DNA of 63,715 nt, the filler included, from Octopus bimaculoides (Eukaryota), in assembly GCF_001194135.2 (NCBI RefSeq). It is 5 parts of 4 records of this genome, joined end to end, with 100 filler letters (N's around TTAATTAATTAA, not from the genome) between each part and the next. Parts side by side here need not be neighbours in the genome. Positions count along the whole stretch, not along the records: positions 21,342 to 34,214 come from NC_068986.1; positions 34,315 to 50,179 come from NC_068990.1; 3 more parts are not named here. The stretch is one strand, 5' to 3'. Shown in pieces: positions 27,228-39,353 of this stretch (the stretch's first letter is position 1; each line of letters opens with the position of its first letter). A program made the translations under genes and the position numbers. Under the pieces are notes generated by a model. The model saw only the letters and a list, made by a program, of their open reading frames with translations, did not search any database and was not told the origin of the DNA.

Positions 27228-28434
27228 TATATGAAACATCATACATTTATAATGCTGAAACAGTAATATGATTTAGAAAAAACTATTAGTTCTTGTATGA
27301 CAGATCGTTTTTAGAGATATGAGTACAACTAGAAAGAGCAAGAATAAGATCTAGAAGGTGAAGTGGGATAAAGAAAGTTAGTATGATTGACTAAATTGCA
27401 TATATTCTACTACTGCATACAATATGAATAAAAACAAACGTGTGTGTTTATTTGGTAAACAGTCAATATTAATTAACAAACAAGTTGGGAAGCTGGCGGA
27501 ATTGTTAGCACGCCGGGCAAAATGCTTAGCGGCATTTCGTCCGTCTTTACGTTCTGAGTTCAAATTCCTCCGAGGTAGACTTACCCTTTCACCATTTCAA
27601 TAAAGTAAGTACCAGTTGAATACTGGGATTGATGTAATCGACTTACCCTCTCCCGTTTACTTGCTGGCGTCGTGCGAAAATTTGAAATCAATATTAATTT
27701 ACAAACAATATATTTTAAAACTCGTTTCAAAATAAAATCGCCGGCTAAATATGAAGTTGTCAGGGAAATTCGCTCGATTTTTTTCTATATTTTATATTTC
27801 AATTCTTTCCAGTTTTTAAGATATTTGAACTAACACGAAAAGTACTTTTATCTTAATGTTTTATGATTTGTTTTCTAACTCTATTCGTTCGCTACAATTT
27901 GCGTTTATTTTTCTTTTAAATTTGAATACATTTTACGTGTTCTAACACTTGACCAAAAAAAAAAAAAAAAAGAGGTGGGAGACGAACGAATTTATCTGAC
28001 AACTCAATATATCAAGGAATATGTTTTTATTTCTTCTTCAGATATCATGCCTAACCATAGATTTCATTTCCATTAGTTTTCAAGTTGTCCTCCTATATTA
28101 GTTTCAAATTTTGGCACAAGGTCAGCAGTTTTGGACAAGAGGTGCTTATTTTATCGACTCCGAAAGGATGAAAGGTAAACTCGATCCGGGCGGCGTTCGA
28201 ACTCAAAGCCTAGAGATGGATGAAATATCGCTAAGCATTTTGCCCAAACTGTTCTCCTGTATTGAAGTCATGCTTATATTTTACAACCGAGCTTTTGAAT
28301 TAATAATGGCTCAATTAACCAACTATTTTTACAAATAGTAATTTTTCAGTTCTATATTCGAGAGATGAAGAATTATGTACATTATTTACACTATTTACAT
28401 TTGACGGATATTTGTCCTCATCTTATTTGTTGTT

Positions 28435-28480
28435 AACACAGCGTTTCGGCTGGTATACTCTCCAGCCTTCATCAGGTGTC
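28435..28480 (-). ncRNA. Minimal type I hammerhead ribozyme (one core substitution)
   Basis: gacac-CTGATGA-a-ggctgg-agagtata-ccagcc-GAAAC-gct-gtgtt. Stems I and II pair; U16.1 is replaced by C. Confidence 0.7.
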
Positions 28481-28625
28481 TTGGGGAAATTTCGAACTTG
28501 GGTTCTCATTCCTAAGGTATTTTTCGATGTTATTATTGTTATTATTATTCAGGTCACTGCCTGGAATCGAACGATATCTTGGAGTTAGTAGCCCGCGCTC
28601 TTAACCACTACGCCATATGTCACAA

Positions 28626-28671
28626 GACACCTAATGAAGGCTAGAGAGTATATCAGCCGAAATGTTGTGCT
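28626..28671 (+). ncRNA. Minimal type I hammerhead ribozyme, degenerate inverted copy
   Basis: gacac-CTAATGA-a-ggctag-agagtata-tcagcc-GAAAT-gtt-gtgct. G5A and C15.2T changes relative to the other copy. Confidence 0.6.
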
Positions 28672-31520
28672 AACAACAAACAAGATGAGGACAAATATTC
28701 GTCAAATATAAATAATGTAAATAATAGTAATTTTTCGTTTACATTTCTTCACATTCAAGGTTACGTCAATTACAGTACCTAAAGCTACAGCATAACCAGC
28801 TCAAGTCATTTGGTAAGTTTAAGCAGAGCGTCTAATGTTTCTTTCATTTCCATATTATTCTTTGCCTAAGTTTATGTTGTACAGCCCTTTGCTGATACAA
28901 AGCGTTGTACAGACGTATAACATACAGAGAATCAGTTGAATGGCTAGGTGTAATCTACAGAGCCATACTTTCAGATGCGCTATATCTGCATTGCGGAAGT
29001 ATACTGCATGGATCTTGCAACTTGATAAGCGGTTTGCTGTTTATCGTTCTCTGTTGGTCTTTGAAGGGATTAAATGTAGAAGTACGGAGCAGGACTAAGT
29101 GGAATCTTATAGTTAGAATAATGCATGTTAGGAGATGCTGCATAAATCATTATTTTTACTACATCTAAGTTATATAAGAACTGGAATGTTTGAGCTGAGA
29201 AGTCCGGACCTGGATGCAAATTAATGAATTATAGGAGACGTAATAAGGAATAGGTTTCCTAAACTTTTGAATGGCAAACACGTGAAGACGGAGGTCTACG
29301 TGAGGTGCGATACAAAGATTTTATCTCCTTCTATTTTAGTTGTTTCAGTCATTGGACTGCGGGGCCATGGTGGGGCACCACATCGAAGTGTTTAGTCGAA
29401 CAGACTAACTCAGTACTTACTTTAAATTCTAGCACTTATTCTAATGGAGCTCTTTTGTCGAACCACTAAGTCCTCAAGTTACCGAGATGTAAACAAGCCA
29501 ATACCAATTGTCAAACGGTGAGAGAGACAAACACCAACACAAATACACAAACATATACACACGACGGGCTTCATATACATTTTGCGTCTACGAAATCTGT
29601 TCACAAGGCTTTGATCGACTCTGGGCCATAGTAGGAGACACTTTCCCAAAGTGCTGTGCACAGGGACAGAACCTAAAACAACATGAGTGCAAAGCAAACG
29701 TCTTAAACATAGTCATGTGTGCATCTTTACAATTTAAAAATCGATTAATGTAGAAATAAGAGCATGGAAATAGTGATGAAAAGTCATTGCCAGGATGAAA
29801 GCGTGAGGTTACTGGAAGAAGGGAATCTAGTAGTGAAAATATAAAATGATGGGCATATCGTTGACCTGCACTTTGAGAATTGCAAACCGACTTTGAAAAA
29901 GAAGCATTAAAATTTAGGAATAAACATGATTAGCAGATTGATTTGGGTGGAACGTGGCGCCCAACTTTTGTATCTTTACTGTTATATAACATAAGAATAG
30001 AACACTAAGCAAAATGGTACACAGGCTACTTTTAAAGGGATACATCACTCTATGATGGGTTAAATATTTTCTTAACGTAGTTATCCAACATTTTTGAATA
30101 ACACTCTCAGTATGATTGCAATTGAATATCGCAATCAATATCACACAATAGTGGAGATATGATGCTATGTCTGCGATATTCTATGGAATATACACATGCT
30201 AAACATTATTGGAATTATTTTGATGGTACGAATACAATGTTTTATTGAACAATGATTAGTAATTTCACAATTGTACACGTCATGTGGTTGCTTGATGCCA
30301 AGACCAATACATTAGGCTGAAGCAATCTGCAATCGAATATTCATATGTGGAACAAACGATTGGCGCAACGATTTCAACCGACACATTAGACGAAATACAA
30401 GCTTTCAAAGACCGGGTATTTAAATACATCTTACTCTCATATATTTGACAATAGAGTGAAGACTGAATTGCTGGTCTAAAACCATAGACCTAAAGATCCT
30501 ACAATATTTATGAATGCATAATAAAAACGATGTAGACAAAGATAAAAATCATTAGTATATTATACGTATTGGTCTATGCTTTCATAAAGAATAGTCTGCA
30601 AAGATAAGATTACGAGAATATTTTCTATGCAACATACATACATGGACACAATCTTTCTACATAATAAACCCATAGAGATTTATACATAGATATACACACA
30701 CTTTTATATATGTATGCATGTATATGTATGCATATGTATATATATGTATGTATTTATACATACATATAACTTTATATCTATCTACAGATATAACTATATA
30801 TACATATATATGTGTGTACATTTGTGTGATCTTTCTATCTATCTATATATGCAAATATGTATTATATATATATACATGAATACATTTATATATATAGATA
30901 GATAGATAAAATATATATATTTATACATATAGTGAGAGAGAGGAAGAGAGGGAAGGAGAGAGAGAGGAGAGAGAGAAAGAAAGAGAGAGAGAGAAAGAGA
31001 AAGAGGAAGAGAGAGAGAGAAATCTGGTATTTTGGGCAGGTGATCTTTACTATGCCTCTGGGCCGGCTAAACCACAGTGAATGGATTCGGTCGACAGGAT
31101 GCTGGAAGGTAGGATGCCTTGTATGCCTGCATTTATCCATTTATACGTTTATATGATATCATAATATATATATATATATATATATATANNNNNNNNNNNN
31201 NNNNNNNNNNNNNNNNNNNNNNNNNNNNNNNNNNNNNNNNNNNNNNNNNNNNNNNNNNNNNNNNNNNNNNNNNNNNNNNNNNNNNNNNNNNNNNNNNNNN
31301 NNNNNNNNNNNNNNNNNNNNNNNNNNNNNNNNNNNNNNNNNNNNNNNNNNNNNNNNNNNNNNNNNNNNNNNNNNNNNNNNNNNNNNNNNNNNNNNNNNNN
31401 NNNNNNNNNNNNNNNNNNNNNNNNNNNNNNNNNNNNNNNNNNNNNNNNNNNNNNNGGTTTTTATTCCCATGCTGGCCACTTGATAAAATCAATATTCTAA
31501 ATATCGATCTTATCCTTACT

Positions 31521-31567
<47 letters not shown>

Positions 31568-33924
31568 GGAGAAATCCCGAGATGCTTAATATAGAATACA
31601 CGTGGTAGTGCTCAATTGATTTGAGCATACACTACGTACTGGGGGGGGGGGTTAAGATTGGCTATAAACGGGAAAACGAAAATAAAACAGGAAGAAGCAA
31701 AAGTGAGGAATTAATAATCTGTTTAAAGCTGATTTTTTAGGTGCTTCCCTAGACCCGATCTCTTCCTCCTATAAACTTTATCATAAGCCTAACGAGAAAC
31801 TCTCCTATATACATAAGGAGTCTTGTCTCCCCTACCCCGTAGTATTTAAAAACCTGATAGCTAACACTAGTAATAGAGCTTCTAACCTCTCTGGATATAT
31901 ACTTATAAGCCTGTGCAGCACTGTGCAGTAATTCAGCTTATTATTAAATTCTACGAGTGTTCGTCTCAATGCCTTTAACAATGGTTAGTGGTTCCCAAGA
32001 AAGAATACGAAGACTATCAGAAAGTTCCGATAACTTATGTTAGTTTGCCAACTGTAGAGAGATTATTAATAACACCATCCATCATGTTGATACGTTAACA
32101 AGTGTTTCGACTCTTGTTTGATTCAATAGTTTGAGGCGCCTCTGGCTCATGAGACACAGCGATGGCAGAACACAGGATTCCCAGAATACCTTTCGATAAT
32201 AAATCGAGTGTGTTATGACAGCACATTCGTCGTGAAGGAGATACTCTGCGACGAAACACAAAAGTGGTTAGCTTATTCACAATTGAATCTACTGGAACAT
32301 ATTAAGAATAAATTTGCAAGCCGTTGTTTCCATTGTCGCTGTTCATCGTGCATATAAAGATTTATGAAATATAACAGTAACTGAAAATCACCACTGATCC
32401 AACTGAACGAGATTTGTGAAAAGAAACTCAGAAAGCGAAAATACTTACACAAGCAATTGGACACATACCTACACACACCTATGCGCAGACGTATATATAT
32501 AGAGAGAAGGAGAGAGACTGGGACAGACAGAGAGAGATTCCATAAATTATAGACTGGATATAAATATACACGACTTCACTTCAAGCATCAAAGCACAAAC
32601 TATTATCCACGCATTAGATTGTTGGAAACTGCTATTGAAATGAAGCGAATTAAACATAGTGTATTCCTCTCCGAATTCATGTAAATGATACAATTTATGG
32701 TTATATTATTTTACAGAAATTATGTCTTTACTTATATATAAATGTAAGACCATTAAGAAAAGAGGAAAATACATGAATAACACTTGCAATGGCCATTATC
32801 GTCTTCCGGTTATTCAAATAAATAGCTAGTGGGGATTGGAGACATTGAAATCAGCTGATAATGGTAATGATACGCCTGTTTATGTGGTCGAGGTAATATT
32901 AGTCTATATTATACGCTGATGCATGTGATGTATTTAGCAGAATTTTAAAAACTGGGGTAATAGTGTTGATTTGATTTTCTTTTCTCACTGGCATCATTTC
33001 TTTATGGTTTTCCTTCAGCTAAAATCAATAATCGCATTGTCTTTTTCCGAAATAACCTTTTCGTTTATATTCTTTCTACAGAAGTGGTATAAACTTCAGC
33101 TCATTTCATTGAAACACATCTTAAACTTTACTCATTTTCTTTGGTCGAACGATGAGTTTCTTTCATTCATGATTACCATAATGGCTACTTCCGATTATCT
33201 CTTTACAATTACCAGCATTATCGCTTTAGCGTCTACATTTACATTCTTGCATGGTTCAGACGGAGTTTTTTAAGGCAGATTTTGTGCAGCCGGGCGCCCT
33301 TTCTGTTTCACATATGCACAAACCTACATACATATATGTGTTCGTATAAGCGTGTATGTATAGTGTGTGTGTGCGCGAGGGTGTGTGTGAGTGTCTACAG
33401 TTATATGTTTATTTCTTAATTGCCCACAGGGGGCTAAACATAGAGGAGACAAACAAGGACAAAGGGATTAAGTCGATTACATCTATCCCAGCGCGTAATT
33501 GGTACCCATTTAATCGACCCCGAAAGGATGGAAAGTGTACAATTATATGCACGACTACTACTATATGATTAGAACTGGACGTATATTTTATTATCCAATC
33601 AGCTTCCAGTGGTTAAGTCATCCAGTTTAAATAGTAGTGTTGATAATTTCGAGATACAGAGCTTATGTAAAAGATAAGCTAAGATGAACAGAAATATAAA
33701 TAGTTAGTTTCTACGTACGTTTCCTCATTGACTTTTTGGAACAAAGCATTGATTGCTCCAAGTACATTTCGATGCTTAAACGTAGTGGATCATCAAAGGA
33801 AGACTTCATTGCGTTCTGCTACAGAGATCTAATACCTGAAATCAGACACATAGTGCTATAATTTATAAGTATTTAGAGCAGGATCAGGAAAGGATGCATA
33901 TGTATCAGTAAAAGCAGTAGAATT

Positions 33925-34160
33925 TAAGGTCCTACGAAGACCTGTGTGCATAATATATATGCGAGGAGTTGCCGAAAAGGCCTGGTTGGAGGACAAGTTT
34001 TCCGAGTACTTTTAAAGTGCTCGGAAATCTGAAGAACCGCTGCAATAAGTGTGTGAATTTCAGAGGGGAATGTATAGAATGAAAGACAAACAATTGATCC
34101 TTCTGTATTTTTCTTTTTATCCAAAGCCATGAGCTTTTCTGCACATCCTTGTATACACAG
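33925..34160 (-). mobile_element. Tc1/mariner-type non-autonomous element remnant
   Basis: Starts tatacaaggatgtgcagaaaagctcatggc, resembling tacgagg...aaaagtt mariner termini. Confidence 0.35.
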
Positions 34161-34181
34161 GTACACATCCATCCAATTATA

Positions 34182-34214
<33 letters not shown>

Positions 34215-34314
34215 NNNNNNNNNNNNNNNNNNNNNNNNNNNNNNNNNNNNNNNNNNNNTTAATTAATTAANNNNNNNNNNNNNNNNNNNNNNNNNNNNNN
34301 NNNNNNNNNNNNNN

Positions 34315-34417
34315 CTCATTTAAATATGAATAGGTGATTACGGGCGGTTTTGGGCGGCTTGGTCATATGAACCAAAATTTTTTTCGGGCGGCTTTGGGCG
34401 GTTTGGTAACGAAAGGG
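34315..34417. mobile_element. piggyBac-like element end with GGGCGG subterminal repeats
   Basis: Ends ...ggtaacgaaaggg|ttaa with tandem gggcggttttgggcgg motifs; truncated by the gap. Confidence 0.5.
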
Positions 34418-35029
34418 TTAAACTTAAGAACTCCACACATCTCTTTGTGAGACTCAGCAGCTTTCTTGCCTTTAAGGAAATAAAAAAGCAAAATATAGTG
34501 AAAATGTTCGTTTTTGCACTCCATGTTGAAAATGACACTGAATAGTTGTAAAGAAAATTACATGCAATTTGCTTCTAAAGTAAGCTAAAGGTAATGGCTA
34601 CCAAATGTCAAAAGGAAAAAAATCATGACATTGACAAAAGTCATTAAAAAAAATCAACCATCTATTTATGAAAAACGAAATTACTTTCTTGCCAACCCAA
34701 TAACACCTAAGCAATTTACTTGTACATTGATGTTGGAAGCTCTGTAATGAAAGTGGCCCTATTTCAATATGATTTTTAACTAATAAAGTATACGAAGAAT
34801 TTTACTATCAACCTAGAATTACCAGAAAATATCATTGTATTAATTATCTTAATTTAAGTGTGATCAATAATTATTAACTTACTTTGATTTAAGTCGTTTG
34901 GCTTCAGGACCCAATCCATCCACACCATGATCATTATCAGCATCAGATGGTTTTAATAAATTTGCCTAGAGCATTGGGAAACAAAAATTAGAAAAAAATT
35001 CAGCAGCAATCTAGTGTTTGTGAATAATA

Positions 35030-35468
35030 GGCGTAGGAGTGGCTGTGTGCATAGGCATAGGAGTGGCTGTGTGGTAAGTAGCTTGCTTACCAACCACATG
35101 GTTCAGGGTTCAGTGTCACTGCATGGCACCTTGGGCAAGTGTCTTCTACTATAGCCTTGGGCCGACCAAAGCCTTGTGAGTAGATTTGGTAGATGGAAAC
35201 TGAAAGAAGCCCGTCGTATATATGTATATATATATGTGTGTGTGTGTGCGTGTGTATGCTTGTGTGTCTGTGTTTGTCCCCACCAACATCACTTGACACC
35301 CGATGCTGAAGTTACGGGGACGTCCCCATAACTTAGCGGTTCGGCAAAAGAGACTGATAGAATAAGTACTAGGCTTACAAAGAGTAAGCGCTGGGGTCGA
35401 TTTTCTCGATTAAAGGCTATGCTCTAGCATGGCCGCAGTCAAATGACTGAAACAAGTAAAAGAGTAAA
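35030..35468 (+). mobile_element. SINE family 1 (tRNA head, central (TA)(GT) microsatellite), near full length
   Basis: Head ggcgtaggagtggctgtgtggtaag...gggttcagt...ccttgggcaagtgtcttctactatagcc; tail ...tgactgaaacaagtaaaagag. Many diverged copies occur in both orientations, e.g. about 2420, 11605, 29330, 39400, 49100, 50395, 52255, 53405 and 56200. Confidence 0.85.
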
Positions 35469-35883
35469 CTATTATGGTTATAAATACACAGCTAAACAAT
35501 AAAGCTGAGCTAATATTAATTTCAAATTGTAGAAAGTACAAAAGGCAGCGAGCTGGCAGAAACGTTAGCACGCCAAGCAAAATGCTTAGCAGTATTTTGT
35601 CTGCTGTTATATTCCGAGTTCAAATTTTGCCGAGGTGACTTTGCTTTGCATCCTTTCGGGGTTGATAAATTAAGTACCAGTTATGCACTGGCGTTGATGT
35701 AATCGACTCAACCCCTTTGTCTGTCCCCTTTATGTTTAGCCCCTTGTGAGCAATAAAGAAATAAGAAAGTACAACATAAAAAAAAAAAAGAAATCACCAG
35801 AAAATCCAAGAAGATACAAATTATTTCAGGAGAAATTTTGCATAAACCAAATGAATATTAATTTCTCTCTTCAAAATATTTAC

Positions 35884-35971
35884 CTGTGTAATGTCTGTAT
35901 TTCCATAACCCTCAAATGTTACAGTACATGTTCCATCAAGCAATATCTCATCAATTTTTGCTTCATAATAC
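35884..35971 (-). CDS. SMNDC1: SMNDC1 coding exon (Tudor core: YYEAKIDEILLDGTCTVTFEGYGNTDITQ)
   Basis: 88-nt exon, acceptor ttttccctttgtag|, donor |gtaaat. Phase 2 start completes the Q codon from the previous exon. Matches the Tudor motif YEAEIEEIDEENGTAAITFAGYGNAEV. Confidence 0.95.
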
Positions 35972-36296
35972 CTACAAAGGGAAAATTAGGTTATCTTAAA
36001 TTTGTCAAATGAATTTTCTAATTGTAAATATCCCTGCCCATTTAGCAAGGCAGGTGTGAAAAGACTTAGCTGATGAAGCCTACTAAAACTGAAATATGTT
36101 GAACTGTCATTGTGTTTGGTACAATTAACATTAGACACCACTCAAGCAAAAAAAAAAACAAAAAAAATTTGCTGTGAAATGCTTAATTTCTTCAAATTAT
36201 ATCCCCTCCCATTTCAAAGTCTCAACTAGAAATTCTTCATTAGGAACTATTTGGGTATACCATTCAGTGTATTAGCATGTAAGCTACCATCTAAAT

Positions 36297-37124
36297 CGTG
36301 GGTCACCAAACTACGGCCCACGATGTCAATTTGTCCGGCTTGCTGTCGGATGCTGAAAGAATGCTTTCATACTGCTTCTTATAAAAGCATGAAAAAACAT
36401 GCTTTTATACTACTTCTTACACTTCTTAGATTAGGCATGTCGTATGTATACTGAGTCAGTCACGTCATGTGCTATGTATTTCATGTGCCATAATTACTAC
36501 ATAATGACTAGCTTGAGGCACATGTGATGTGCCTCAGGCTAGTCAGTTATTAGTGATCAGACGTGACAAAGCGAGAGAGAGAGGAAGTAAGATAGAAAGA
36601 GAGAGGAGTGAGAGAGAAAGAGAGGAGTGAGAGAGAAAGAGAGAGTGAGTGAGAGAGAAAGAGACATCATTGGTGACAGTGTTCGTTTTGTGCTTTTAAA
36701 TGTTTCAGAGAGGAAGAGAAAGAGAGTGAGAAAGTGAGAGAGAATGAAAGAGACAGTGCGTGGTGAGGGTGTTCATTTTGTGTTTTTAAATATTTCAGAG
36801 AGGATGTAAGAGGGAAAGAAAGAGAGTGAGAAACAATGAAAGAGAAAGAGAGAGAGTGAAAGAGACAGCGGGTGCTGATGGCGCTCGTTTTGTGTTTTTA
36901 AATGTTTATCACATCGCAAGAGAAGTAGATACATATACACGTTGTTTAATCAAAAGTGGGAGAGAAGAGGGACACAAAGGAAGTGAAAGAGAAAGAAAGT
37001 GAGAGACAATTCATACATAGATACATAGACACAGCAAATATTGGCTGTCAGTTTCACTTTTCATTATCAGACAAGAATAAAATCAACTCACAAATGGCTG
37101 AGTACTCCACAGCTACAACTCGAG

Positions 37125-37161
<37 letters not shown>

Positions 37162-37346
37162 AATGTATTTGCATGTGTGTATAGTATAGGTTAGGTTAGT
37201 TAAAACATGTTTGCAATAATAAGTGTCGCGTGGTGGAAATAAACGCAATTACCAAACTTTCATTCATAAATCTATTTATTATTTCGTTCTTTTGCATTTC
37301 AATTTGTACCCAGAAATTTTCAACAACTGCACACCAGAAGAAATAG

Positions 37347-37383
<37 letters not shown>

Positions 37384-39157
37384 CAGAATAAAACTTAGCC
37401 CAAGTGATGCAAATATTCCATTCACACTAAACAGACTTCAGCTTCCACTTCGACTTGCATATTCAATGACAATTAATAAGGCTCAAGGGCAAACATTTGA
37501 AAAAGTATTTTCTCATGGTCAATTATATCTTGCATTTTCAAGAGCACAAGCTATGAACAATATCAAAGTAAGAATAATGACACTCAATTGGGATAACAGA
37601 CAAGGCCAAAAACGTGGTGTGACATACACAAAAAATACTGTCTACCATAAACTACTGTGAGGAAGACCACCACACCAGCTAGCATCACCAGCACACCAGC
37701 TGCTCCATCATTACACCTTTCAGATCAGGGAACCAGTTAGGGGCCTGCTGGATTTCTCTCGGCATACCAGCAAACAACAAAATTGCACCAGCCAACATTA
37801 CCACTACCTCCAAGCCAGTTGTATGTGTGTATGTATGTGTGTGTGTTTGTCCCACCACCAGCATTGCTTGACAACCGATATTGGTGCATTTGCATCCTTG
37901 TAATTTAGTTGTTCACCAGGCTTACAGGGAATAAGTCCAGGGATCAATTTCGACTAAAGGGTGGTGCTCCAGCATGGCCACTGTGAAATGACTGAAACAA
38001 GTAAAAGAATAAAAGAATACCCGAAAAACGTTCTGTACCACTAAACCAAAAAGGTTCTGTACGATGTATTTTAAGGATAAATAGTAATTCCGTTTACGTT
38101 TGTGTAACTGAGATATTTTGGTTAGATTATATAGTCATTGGTGTTACGTTACTTTCTATATTCTGTAACTGTCACAATATACTTTTCTAGGCCTGAAATT
38201 TTTGTGGGGAGGGGGCCAGTTGTTTAGATTGACCCCAGTACACAACTGGTACTTAATTTATTGACCCCTAAAGGACGAAAGGTAAAGTCAACCTTGGTAG
38301 AATTTGAACTCAGAATGTAAAGACAGATGGGCATAATATGCAAACATTTCTCATGACACCAGTACACTTTATAGATGCTTACATTTTTTATGTTTTCTGT
38401 GAATTTTTCACAGGTCCTGCTAGTTACAATTAAAACAGGAATATCTGACGCTGAGGCCTAAGACTGCTTTTGTTTTTCTTCACCCATCATTATGGCTACT
38501 AAGAAGAGAAAGGTTGATGATGAATGTTGCACTTTCAATAAATGGGGAGAAAAGTTGCGGTCCGAGAAATTTGAATCTTTGAAATGTAGTTTGGAATCTC
38601 AAAAGAATTTCTTTACGAAAAAGTTTGTTGGAAATGAATCTATCACTCGTGTAAGTTACAAAATAGTGAAGAAGTTGACAGAGCGAGGAAAACCATTTAC
38701 TGACAGAAACTTTATAAAAGAGTACATGATGGAAACAGCAAATGACTTGTGTCCTGAAAAAGCTAACATGTTTGACTGTATCAGCCTTTCAGCAAATTCA
38801 GTTGTGCGGAGAATAGAACTTGGAGAGAATATACATATACATGAGAAAGCTAAGAAATTTTTGTGGTATTCTCTTGCAATGGATGAGTCTACTGATCTCT
38901 CTAGAACGTCACAACTTCTTGTGTTTGTAGTGTTAATTGAAACCTTGAGATTATTTCTTGCGTACTAAAACCGGTTACAACTGTGGTGAACTTTATTCGG
39001 AATCAAGGGCTTAATCACCGACAGTTCCAGGCTTTCCTTGAAGAAATGGATTTTAATTTCTGTGACTTGCCTTACTACACAGAAGTGAGATGGCTCAGTT
39101 GTGGTGAATTGAACAAAATATTTATCTGGCCCACTATGGAAAAAGTTTGGTGACCCA
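36297..39157 (+). mobile_element. hAT (Charlie/SPIN-like) DNA transposon, internally deleted, with nested insertions
   Basis: Termini cgtgggtcaccaaact / agtttggtgaccca. Perfect 8-bp TSD atctaaat at 36289-36296 and 39158-39165. Transposase remnant 38492-38968 (MATKKRKVDDEC...GKPFTDRNFIKEYMM...SLAMDESTDLSRTSQLLVF). Confidence 0.88.
37375..37660 (+). mobile_element. Helitron PIF1-helicase C-terminal fragment
   Basis: IPFTLNRLQLPLRLAYSMTINKAQGQTFEKVFSHGQLYLAFSR contains PIF1 helicase motifs V and VI. Confidence 0.85.
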
Positions 39158-39353
39158 ATCTAAATTAATGCCATTGATTAGTTTTTTGTAATTTCAATAA
39201 TTTATATTAAGACTATGCATTTTTTGCTTCAATATTGGAGATGTGCTGATACCATTTGCAGTAACTAGCATCCTACATGTGCAGAAGAGATTTAATTCTG
39301 GAATATCTTAATAAAACTTTCCACTAACTATATAATCATTTCCATTTATATAT

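Larger units (their letters stand above)
28348..28723 (-). mobile_element. tRNA-headed SINE-like element with Penelope-type hammerhead terminal repeats
   Basis: Flanked by a 13-bp direct repeat (atagtaatttttc at 28335-28347 and 28724-28736). A-box/B-box head at about 28550-28615. About 100-bp inverted repeats at 28381-28483 and 28623-28725, each with a hammerhead core. Confidence 0.7.

Noticed and set aside
28550-28615. tRNA gene
   Set aside because: It has A/B boxes but no complete cloverleaf or acceptor stem, and is embedded in a TSD-flanked retroelement. The same applies to the other SINE heads.
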